From IMG/VR virus record IMGVR_UViG_3300038418_000390, positions 1-30,318 of that record: a DNA stretch of 30,318 bases; one strand, 5' to 3'. Below are positions 1-6,569 of the stretch, piece after piece. Origin of the DNA: a virus. Lineage: Duplodnaviria > Caudoviricetes. Both the position numbers and the translations under genes were made by a program. The notes under the pieces are model-generated. The model saw only the letters and a list, made by a program, of their open reading frames with translations, had not been told where the DNA came from and did no database searches. Positions within the stretch are counted from its first letter, which is position 1. Each line of letters begins with the position of its first letter.

Positions 1-355
1 AATTGTCCGGGACCGAGGTCAGGCCGCGGAGATCCAGGTAGCCGCCCACTCTGTCGGGCAGCTTGAAATTGTCCGGGACCGAGGTCAGGCCGCGGAGATC
101 CAGGTAGCTGCCCACGCTGTCGGGCAGCTTGAAATTGTCCGGGACCGAGGTCAGGCCGCGGAGATCCAGGTAGCCGCCCACGCTGTCGGGCAGCTTGAAA
201 TTGTCCGGGACCGAGGTCAGGCCGCGGAGATCCAGGTAGCCGCCCACTCTGTCGGGCAGCTTGAAATTGTCCGGGACCGAGGTCAGGCCGCGGAGATCCA
301 GGTAGCCGCCCACTCTGTCGGGCAGCTTGAAATTGTCCGGGACCGAGGTCAGGCC
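1..355. repeat. 66-bp coding tandem repeat, at least 5.4 copies
   Basis: Unit aattgtccgggaccgaggtcaggccgcggagatccaggtagc[c/t]gcccac[t/g]ctgtcgggcagcttga starts at 1, 67, 133, 199, 265 and 331 (partial). Only two positions vary. Confidence 0.97.
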
Positions 356-646
356 ATCCAAGTTTATATTTTTTAATTTGAGGATTTGATCAATGCAAAA
401 CTTCAAACACGCCTTTCTGTTTGGATATTTGGCAAGAATGGCCGATTTTAGTACATTGGGATTTTCTCCAGGCGCTGCGCGTACGGAAAGTGAACGGCCT
501 TCATCATCGGAAGTCCACTCCCACTCCCGGTATTGTTCTGGTTTTAGACCAGAGCCGTTGACCGTGATTTCATGATGCAGTAAGTTGGTGCACAGAATTC
601 GCGGATAATTTTCGATGGTAACAATGCCCGATAAAAAATTACACAT
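1..646 (-). CDS. Leucine-rich-repeat protein with 22-aa repeats (partial, runs off the left edge; absent from the ORF track)
   Basis: ATG at 646 with AGGAG upstream, just after the stop of the 651..1595 gene. Translates MCNFLSGIVTIENYPRILC...NINLDGLTSVPDNFK then (LPD[R/S]VG[G/S]YLDLRGLTSVPDNFK)n with no stop before position 1. The LxLxxLxxVPxxxxLP pattern is LRR-like. Confidence 0.85.
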   Translation of the reverse strand, partial: MCNFLSGIVTIENYPRILCTNLLHHEITVNGSGLKPEQYREWEWTSDDEGRSLSVRAAPGENPNVLKSAILAKYPNRKACLKFCIDQILKLKNINLDGLTSVPDNFKLPDRVGGYLDLRGLTSVPDNFKLPDRVGGYLDLRGLTSVPDNFKLPDSVGGYLDLRGLTSVPDNFKLPDSVGSYLDLRGLTSVPDNFKLPDRVGGYLDLRGLTSVPDN

Positions 647-650
647 TGTT

Positions 651-1595
651 TTAACTCCTGATAGGATTGCCCAGCGCGTTGACTATCGGCCTTGCTTGGC
701 GTAAAAGAGCATTGAAATATTCGAACGCCCGCTCGCTCGGGCATTTGTCGTAATACTCCGAGCATATATTGGCCAGCGTGTTCTTCAAGTAACCGGGTGG
801 ATTCGTCGAGGAAAACCTTTTTGTCGCCCTAATCGCCTTGTCGAGCCATTTATCTTCGAAGATCGTCTGAGACAGCAGTACGACTTGCATGATCAATTCG
901 CGCGTTTCCTCGTCTAATGGATTTTGCCGGTGGGGAAATAATTCGTTCGTCACTTCCTGGCAGCGCCGGAGAAACTTCACGCGCGCAGCCTTAGTACTCA
1001 AGAATGATTTGTCGACGACGTCGTCAGACAGACAGACACAAGAAGAGGAAGTTATTTCCTTATGGGGATGCTCTGGGAGAGCAGGGGGATGCTCTGTGGA
1101 AGCATGGGGGTGCTCTGGGAGAGCAGGGGGATGCTCTGTGGAAGCACCCGATCTCTCGTAATGTAATGATGATTCGTGTGATTGATTTATGTGACTGTGT
1201 GACTGAATGTGACTTGCCGGACGCGGCCGGATAATGTGACTGACACCTATCCAATCGATCTGATAAGCATTCGCTTTTTGGCCGCCGCTCGTGTAGCGAT
1301 TTTCGGCAATTGTGATCAGTCCGGCGTGCTTTGCCAGACCTACGGTGCTGCGCGCCTTAGCCGTCGAGCAGCACAAGCCCCAGGGAGCCAGGCTAAGATC
1401 CCTATAACTTTTTAAAAGTTCTCCGGATGTGCCTCCGTGTGTTACGTTGAAAACCCATTGAATGAAAATCGATAATTCCGCATCGCAGCCGATTTTTAAA
1501 AGGGCCAATCCAAGCTGGTTTTTCCGCTCGTTAAAAGATGCCTCGGCCAGGGCAAAGGGCAATTCGTTTTGTTGCGGATTCTTTCCCAAAACCAT
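651..1595 (-). CDS. Phage replication initiator, lambda O-like organisation
   Basis: N-terminal winged-HTH-like segment (KSYRDLSLAPWGLCCSTAKARSTVGLAKHAGLITI...NAYQID), low-complexity linker encoded by iteron-like repeats, and a C-terminal NPPGYLKNTL motif resembling DnaD-like/initiator C-termini. Confidence 0.65.
   Translation of the reverse strand: MVLGKNPQQNELPFALAEASFNERKNQLGLALLKIGCDAELSIFIQWVFNVTHGGTSGELLKSYRDLSLAPWGLCCSTAKARSTVGLAKHAGLITIAENRYTSGGQKANAYQIDWIGVSHIIRPRPASHIQSHSHINQSHESSLHYERSGASTEHPPALPEHPHASTEHPPALPEHPHKEITSSSCVCLSDDVVDKSFLSTKAARVKFLRRCQEVTNELFPHRQNPLDEETRELIMQVVLLSQTIFEDKWLDKAIRATKRFSSTNPPGYLKNTLANICSEYYDKCPSERAFEYFNALLRQARPIVNALGNPIRS
1065..1148. repeat. Four 21-bp iteron-like repeats, candidate replication origin
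   Basis: gggatgctctgggagagcagg / gggatgctctgtggaagcatg / ggggtgctctgggagagcagg / gggatgctctgtggaagcacc. Copies 1 and 3 contain the dyad TGCTCT-ggg-AGAGCA. An AT-richer tract with tgtgact repeats follows at about 1155-1215. Confidence 0.75.
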
Positions 1596-1629
1596 CCATG
1601 CAGATCCTTTTAAAATGCTCTCTCCATCC

Positions 1630-1830
1630 CTAATTCAGGGAAACCGATTCGATGATGTTTTTCTTTTGCGCCCGGGCGCCGGCCAGGAAGCTCTTGCCGA
1701 TGACTTCATTTTGAATCGCGGGGTCCAGCGATTTTTGCATGATCTCCAAACCCTCGTCGGACAGCATATAATCCGCGACCGATTTGACCATCAGGTTTTC
1801 CTGCGTCGGCAGGGGAAATTTTAAAGTCAT
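1630..1830 (-). CDS. Small hypothetical early protein
   Basis: 66-aa ORF with protein-like composition, co-oriented in the early operon. Confidence 0.55.
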   Translation of the reverse strand: MTLKFPLPTQENLMVKSVADYMLSDEGLEIMQKSLDPAIQNEVIGKSFLAGARAQKKNIIESVSLN

Positions 1831-1938
1831 GATTCGCTCTTTTCGTATAAAAAAATGTGGCCGGTTCGTTCTTCATGAACCGCAGCCGGCCTGTGAAGGC
1901 CGCGCCGCTCTCCTAATCGCGCGGCCTGTTGCAAATAA

Positions 1939-2235
1939 TCAAGATTCCTGCGCAGGTGGTGGATCGGCTACTACATCGACCGCAGCCGGCGGATCGGTTA
2001 ATACATCGACAGGCTCGACCGTCAGCATGCCGATGCTGCTGCGGTAAGAGTTTCCGGTATTGTTGTGTCCGTGTCCCTTGACCAATATCCCATTCCCGGC
2101 ATTATTGCCAGGGTTTGGATCGTCGCAAACTTCAACGATCGCTTTTTTCACGCCGTCCGGGACCTCATTGCCGGCCTTTTGGACAGCGGCTTTGACGGCT
2201 GAACGGGTTCCGACTAAATTTAAACTCCAAGACAT
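1939..2235 (-). CDS. Hypothetical phage protein
   Basis: 98-aa ORF with a strong RBS (AAGGAGG, 5 nt before ATG). Confidence 0.75.
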   Translation of the reverse strand: MSWSLNLVGTRSAVKAAVQKAGNEVPDGVKKAIVEVCDDPNPGNNAGNGILVKGHGHNNTGNSYRSSIGMLTVEPVDVLTDPPAAVDVVADPPPAQES

Positions 2236-2310
2236 TTTTACCTCCTTATTAAAAGGCCCTCGCGCCCGGCTCCATGCCGGGCGTTATGCGAGGACAACGC
2301 TCGATACCAA

Positions 2311-2382
2311 AGCGCCGAGGCGGACTCGAACCACCTCCTTCCGCCAGGGCCAGCGGACATGCAGCCGTTACAACTTCGGCGC
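2311..2382 (-). ncRNA. tRNA-like cloverleaf (pseudo-tRNA or tRNA mimic; no assignable anticodon)
   Basis: Minus strand: 7-bp acceptor GCGCCGA/TCGGCGC, T arm GGTGG-TTCGAGT-CCGCC, and anticodon-position stem TCCGC/GCGGA with a non-canonical 8-nt loop TGGCCCTG. The D arm is weak and there is no encoded CCA. Confidence 0.55.
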
Positions 2383-2499
2383 GGGCCGCGGCGGCCTCGA
2401 TTTGCGTAATCTTCTCCATTAACCCGCCGCGGTTGTTCAGTGCTATCATCAATTCAACAAACCCAGGTCTCCTTTCTTGTAAAAGGTATAATTAAATTT

Positions 2500-2850
2500 C
2501 GCGACCCCGGCCGGCAGCCGGGTAAGATCGCACCTGGCGTGGATACAATGGATACAAATGCCTGTCTCTCCAGGCTGTCACGCTCAGTTGTTTCAACGAC
2601 ATTCTCGAGGAACCATCGAAACGGACGGCGTTCTCCAGCTTCGATTTACCGAAGCCGCGTACCACCTCATGTGGATCCTTAAAATTCAAAAATCCGAGGG
2701 CCTGGGAGCTACGCCAGGCGGTGAATGACACCGGCAGCGAACGGCCGCAGCCGCAGGACTAATCCACGCTCCCCTTCCGGCCCCCGGTTCCATGGCGTAA
2801 AAAACGCCCGGGCCATACCTGCGGGGCTCATCCCCGGCACGGGCGTCCCG
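2500..2850 (-). ncRNA. Cluster of predicted stem-loops, candidate structured RNA(s)
   Basis: Stems read by eye on the minus strand: ACGCCCG/CGGGCGT followed by a T-run, CCGGGGGCC/GGCCCTCGG enclosing smaller hairpins, GGCTTCGG-TAAA-TCGAAGCT, GCCTG-GAGAGA-CAGGC, CCCGGC-TGCCG-GCCGGG. No convincing protein ORF. Confidence 0.35.
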
Positions 2851-2872
2851 GTTCCGTAGCGCGACAAACAAA

Positions 2873-2949
2873 AGATTACAAATTGTCAATTGCAAATTGC
2901 AAATTGCAAATTTTAAAATCCCGAACCCTGAACCCTGAACCTTGACCAC
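2873..2949. repeat. In-register heptamer tract (AAATTGC-type, then TGAACCC-type)
   Basis: agattac aaattgt caattgc aaattgc aaattgc aaatttt aaaatcc cgaaccc tgaaccc tgaacct tgaccac, immediately downstream of the recombinase stop. Confidence 0.85.
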
Positions 2950-4010
2950 TAAAACAAGGTCAGTTGCCTTTCGGACTCGATCACCCGCGGCTGCGGCAAA
3001 AGATCCAGATATGGAATCACGATCTCCGGATCGGTGTAAGAATCCCGGGTCACGTTCACCGAACGGTGCATTGCCACAATCGAGGCTACCATGGGATTTT
3101 CTCTGGTAAGCGTGGTAATTGTTGCTCGCCGCAAGCCATGCGGTCCGAAATGGCGTTCTTTTGGAATAGGCGTTTTCGCCAAAATTTTCCGCCTGCAACT
3201 TTGAAACCAACCCTGAGACTTTGGCCAACCGGCAAAAGGAAACAATCGTTTTTCGCCAGGTCGATGCAGAATTTCGATTGCCTCCCGGGCGAACCGGTTG
3301 AGATAACACATTTCGTAAATTTTGTGGCCTTTCAATATCGACGCTGGAATTGTTATCCAGTCTTTTTTGTTCTGATCGACCATCTCCCATTCCAATTGCA
3401 TCACGCAATCGATTCTTAATGCCGTGTTGTAAATAAAAATTGTGATGGATTTGTGAAATAAGCCTGCGTTTAAACTGTGAAGATTGGACGTGGGTTTTGC
3501 AAATCGGCAACTGCTCAGATAGATCCCGATTTCTTCCAGCGTGGGAATTACTCTCACTGGATTTTGCACCCGGTCCGGCCGTTCCAGATAGGGCACGTCC
3601 ACGATCAGTTGGGCCGCGGAGCGGTTGCGCCTGGATTTCGGCCCGGCATAGTCCAGCATTTTTTGGCCGTGCGTGCACAGCTTGCGGACCGTATTGGGCG
3701 ATAGATAGGGCTTTCCCTGTCCAGGCCGATCCTGGAGGCGTTGTACAAAATCCCTTACCGTCTCCTGGTCGATCAGGCAGAGCGCCGGATTCGAGGTCAA
3801 GAGTTCCCAGAGCTTTATGAACTGGAAATAGAGCTTTATCGTCCCCGGCCGGCGCCGTCGGAGTTGCAGGTAATTCGGCAGAAAGAAAAATTCCAAAAAC
3901 TGCCGCATGGACCAATGCACCGTGGGCCGCAAGTCCGGCGGCTTTTCGTCTTGATGATCCTCGGCCTGGCTGGTATCGACAATAAACGACTCCTGGGATA
4001 AAAGGGACAT
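2949..4010 (-). CDS. int: Tyrosine recombinase / phage integrase
   Basis: Catalytic set visible: R (YNTALRID), K (ILKGH), HxxR (HGLRR), H (AMHRS), Y (RDSYT). Core-binding-like region LSPNTVRK. ATG at 4010 has a GAGGAG RBS, so it is preferred over the track's TTG at 4088. Confidence 0.9.
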   Translation of the reverse strand: MSLLSQESFIVDTSQAEDHQDEKPPDLRPTVHWSMRQFLEFFFLPNYLQLRRRRPGTIKLYFQFIKLWELLTSNPALCLIDQETVRDFVQRLQDRPGQGKPYLSPNTVRKLCTHGQKMLDYAGPKSRRNRSAAQLIVDVPYLERPDRVQNPVRVIPTLEEIGIYLSSCRFAKPTSNLHSLNAGLFHKSITIFIYNTALRIDCVMQLEWEMVDQNKKDWITIPASILKGHKIYEMCYLNRFAREAIEILHRPGEKRLFPFAGWPKSQGWFQSCRRKILAKTPIPKERHFGPHGLRRATITTLTRENPMVASIVAMHRSVNVTRDSYTDPEIVIPYLDLLPQPRVIESERQLTLF

Positions 4011-4187
4011 TTTTGAAAAACTCCTCGAAACAAACGATCCCTCGACTTCGTAGCGGACCCGCCTCTTCGAGCATTTCAGATCCGACAAGAAAAGCCCCTC
4101 TCAGGGCAAACATAGGTTGCGGATTTGGAGCATCTTGCCGGCAATCACTGTATTTAAGCCCATTCCGCGGGCTTTTTATGATGTTTT

Positions 4188-4445
4188 TCATGAATGTATT
4201 TTTCGTTTTTTAGTTTTAACGGCGGTCCGCTGCGGGAAAAATTTGTTGTGCAGGCGCACGGCTTTTAAAATCAGGTCGGCGTCTTCGATGAAAAAGCACT
4301 CACCTACTAGATTGCCCTTATTGTCGATCAGGTCGCAGACCGTTATCGGCGGCGAAGACTGCTCGAGTCGGCGGATGTTCGATTTTTTCCAGGGCCATGT
4401 TGTGTGCAAAGACTCCGGGAATGGCTGGGGCATGGAAAATCGCAT
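4188..4445 (-). CDS. Hypothetical phage early protein
   Basis: 85 aa, GAGG RBS. The pattern TTWPW...VGEC...DADLILKAV resembles small phage early proteins. Confidence 0.65.
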   Translation of the reverse strand: MRFSMPQPFPESLHTTWPWKKSNIRRLEQSSPPITVCDLIDNKGNLVGECFFIEDADLILKAVRLHNKFFPQRTAVKTKKRKIHS

Positions 4446-4448
4446 GGA

Positions 4449-4721
4449 TCAATCCTCGCTTTTTTCAAAAGCTTCGATGCAGCGATCAAGCTCGGCAAAA
4501 TCTCTTTCCCTGGCCGATGCCCAATAACGCTTAATTTGTTCTGCCAATAATCCGCTCAGGACACGGGCCGATTCCAGTTCCAGATCGAGCCCAAAGATCG
4601 TGCCGTGGGAGAGCGTAAATGCCACGCGGATGCTGCGCTTTTCAAGATCCACGGGCATGACGTGCCGCAGGCGCACGGGGCGGTAGGATTTTGGCGAAAG
4701 AACTTCCGTGTTGACGTCCAT
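4449..4721 (-). CDS. Hypothetical protein
   Basis: MDVNTEV... with AGAGG RBS, tightly packed between its neighbours. Confidence 0.65.
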   Translation of the reverse strand: MDVNTEVLSPKSYRPVRLRHVMPVDLEKRSIRVAFTLSHGTIFGLDLELESARVLSGLLAEQIKRYWASARERDFAELDRCIEAFEKSED

Positions 4722-4723
4722 GC

Positions 4724-4930
4724 TTAATTTTCCTCTTGAAAATGACAAGCGAATTCGCCGCTTGTGTCCTTTGGATCGCCGAGCTGCTCGTCGATGGCGG
4801 TCAGGGCGTCCAAATAGCCTCGATGGTATTCCTCATTGCCGACAATATGCTTGGCGAATAAGTATCCCAGCCTGAAGCCGAAGCCGACCAAAGCAATAAG
4901 GGCGACGTTGATAATAAAAAAATCATCCAT
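4724..4930 (-). CDS. Small membrane-anchored hypothetical protein
   Basis: MDDFFIINVALIALVGFGFRLGYLFA hydrophobic N-terminus, then YHRGYLDA. First gene of the leftward operon. Confidence 0.6.
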   Translation of the reverse strand: MDDFFIINVALIALVGFGFRLGYLFAKHIVGNEEYHRGYLDALTAIDEQLGDPKDTSGEFACHFQEEN

Positions 4931-5153
4931 TGCAGTATTAGCAGACGCGCAACCAGCAGCGCAAAGAGAGGGGCAGTCCAAGAACACTGCCGGTTGGCGC
5001 CGTCTGCCGTTAATGGGACTCGGGTTTGGCCGGTTGTCCTGAGCTTTTACTTGGTCAGGTCCGGTGGCTTTCGCTCAACCGCGGCCCCCAAGCCCGCAAG
5101 ACGCGGGTTAAAGAGGTTTGGTAGAGTAAAAGCTTTTTACAACGATGGGGTCA

Positions 5154-5181
5154 AATTTACGCGCCCAGAAAAGCGCGTCAA
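5154..5181 (-). promoter_or_regulatory. Candidate leftward early promoter overlapped by a dyad (operator-like)
   Basis: Minus strand TTGACG-16 bp-TAAATT. Plus strand tttacgcgc-ccagaaaa-gcgcgtcaa is an 8/9 inverted repeat covering both boxes. Confidence 0.45.
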
Positions 5182-5401
5182 TAGGGGTTGGAAAAATTTT
5201 TCAAAAAAACGGCCGGACAAGAGAGTTATCGGGCGTAAAAAGCTTTCGGCCCCCGGCACCACCCGGGTTGCCTTTAGTTTGGCCCCGACGAGCCTCACGG
5301 CGCGTCGATTCTCCTGTCCGGCCGATGCCGCTTGCTCAGTGCAGCGGACTATGAATCCGCTGCACTACCTCCGTTTTTGCCGTAAAAAACGAAGCTAGCA
5401 T

Positions 5402-5449
5402 TTGTAGCGGCGGAAGGACTCGGACCTTCGACACGCGGATTATGATTCC
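5402..5449 (-). other. 3' half of tRNA-Met(CAT), probable att core (attP-like)
   Basis: Minus strand GGA-ATCATAA-TCCGC-GTGTC-GAAGG-TCCGAGT-CCTTC-CGCCGCT-A-CAA gives the anticodon loop, variable loop, T arm and 3' acceptor strand. The 5' half is absent, and phage genes lie on both sides. Confidence 0.75.
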
Positions 5450-5568
5450 TCGCCTCACCCGCCGGCCGGAGTGCAAAATTATACTATACGGCCATTCAGA
5501 TTTGTGGTTTTCCACAAACCATTTTAAGGGGGGGCGAAATACGCCAAGATTTATTTTCCCGGTTCTCA

Positions 5569-5696
5569 TCAATAAGTCTTAATGCCCGGCTCACGCTTGG
5601 CGCAATTTGAAATAGCGGCTAAATGCCTGGTGAATTGCGGGCATGGCGCTATATCCGGCACGCCGGGGGTGATGGTCGATACGCCAATAGGCCATT
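5569..5696 (-). pseudogene. Internally deleted remnant of a paralogue of the 6570..7079 gene
   Basis: 5599-5685 aligns without gaps to 6588-6674 (77/87 identical by my count). It is preceded by ATAATGGCCTATTG, matching the intact gene's start ATAATGGCTTATTG. Confidence 0.75.
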
Positions 5697-5697
5697 A

Positions 5698-5871
5698 TTA
5701 CTGCTTTTTCGGTCGGCCAACGCGGCGCTTTATTTTTTGGAATTTTTTCAATGAAGATTCATCTATAATAAAATCCCGGCCGACCTTTTGCCCGAGCCGA
5801 CCTGAGCGGCAAAACTGCTGGATGCGACGAATTGAGATACCGAGTTTTTTAGCGGCTTCGTTGGTTAGCAA
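5698..5871 (-). CDS. Excisionase-family (HTH_17-like) DNA-binding protein with C-terminal AT-hook-like GRP motif (57 aa, below the track cutoff)
   Basis: TTG start with GGAG RBS: MLTNEAAKKLGISIRRIQQFCRSGRLGQKVGRDFIIDESSLKKFQKIKRRVGRPKKQ. Confidence 0.85.
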   Translation of the reverse strand: MLTNEAAKKLGISIRRIQQFCRSGRLGQKVGRDFIIDESSLKKFQKIKRRVGRPKKQ

Positions 5872-5955
5872 TTTTTAGCTCCAAAAGGCCGCCGCCCGGA
5901 TGCAGAGATTAAAGTGTATCCAATCCCAGTAGAGCCGGGCGGCAGGAGAACTACT

Positions 5956-6270
5956 TTAATCATCATCCGGGTAATCGTGGGATTCGCGCTCGGCCGGTGT
6001 GCGGCTGCGATCTAGCCGGCACTCCTCACACTCGCAGCGTTCTACGAAGCAATCATGCTGAATCGTTGCTTCCAATTCAATTCCATCGCCCATTAGCTGA
6101 TCTTCCAAGTCATCTACATCCATTTCAAGAGATGCGGCTGCTTCGTGCAGCGAATCGCCTTTGTACAGCGGATTTTTTGTGCCGCTCGTATAGGTGATGT
6201 ACATTGGGCTGTTTGTATCATTAACCTCAATTACATCTTCCTGATTTTCCAACAAATATTCGGTTCTCAT
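5956..6270 (-). CDS. Acidic hypothetical protein with C-terminal Cys cluster (moron gene)
   Basis: Start moved to MRTEYLLEN at 6270 (AAGGAG RBS). Very D/E-rich, with HDCFVERCECEEC near the end. Confidence 0.75.
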   Translation of the reverse strand: MRTEYLLENQEDVIEVNDTNSPMYITYTSGTKNPLYKGDSLHEAAASLEMDVDDLEDQLMGDGIELEATIQHDCFVERCECEECRLDRSRTPAERESHDYPDDD

Positions 6271-6348
6271 TTTAATTCTCCTTTGCCTGCCCCTGACTCT
6301 CCGGGGCCGAGTTGGCGGATCACTCGTCCGCCTTATTAATCTATATAT

Positions 6349-6376
6349 ATTATACGTCATAGCGAATAAATTACAA
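6349..6376 (-). promoter_or_regulatory. Sigma70-type promoter with imperfect palindrome in the spacer
   Basis: TTGTAA-16 bp-TATAAT. TTCGCTATGACGTA (TTCG-N6-CGTA) overlaps the spacer and -10. Confidence 0.7.
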
Positions 6377-6569
6377 GAGAAAAATCGTAATTATTTCCAA
6401 ATTAACCACATAGAGGGGGTAATGGTAAGATGGGTAAAATAGCCATTATTCGCCGCTCCCTCGTAGTATCAAACTGGGAATTGTAATATGATGGGTGGGG
6501 AAGTAGTTTGATAATCAGGAGGGTAAAATCATGCGCTTAAAAAAGGAAGCCAAAAAGCCGCAAAAAGAT

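Noticed and set aside
1-355. CRISPR array
   Set aside because: The repeats are contiguous with no unique spacers, are 66 bp (a multiple of 3) and encode an in-frame LRR.
2255-2310. HDV-like (theta) ribozyme following the tRNA-like element (contains TCCTCGC)
   Set aside because: I could not build the nested P1/P2 double pseudoknot. The sequence folds as a simple bulged hairpin.
5402-5480. Complete tRNA-Met gene
   Set aside because: There is no 5' acceptor strand or D arm upstream of the anticodon stem; only the 3' half is present.
4994-5572. ORFs 4994..5398 (+), 5145..5354 (+) and 5336..5572 (-) as a repressor gene
   Set aside because: No HTH pattern or RBS. They overlap the promoter and att region and look spurious.
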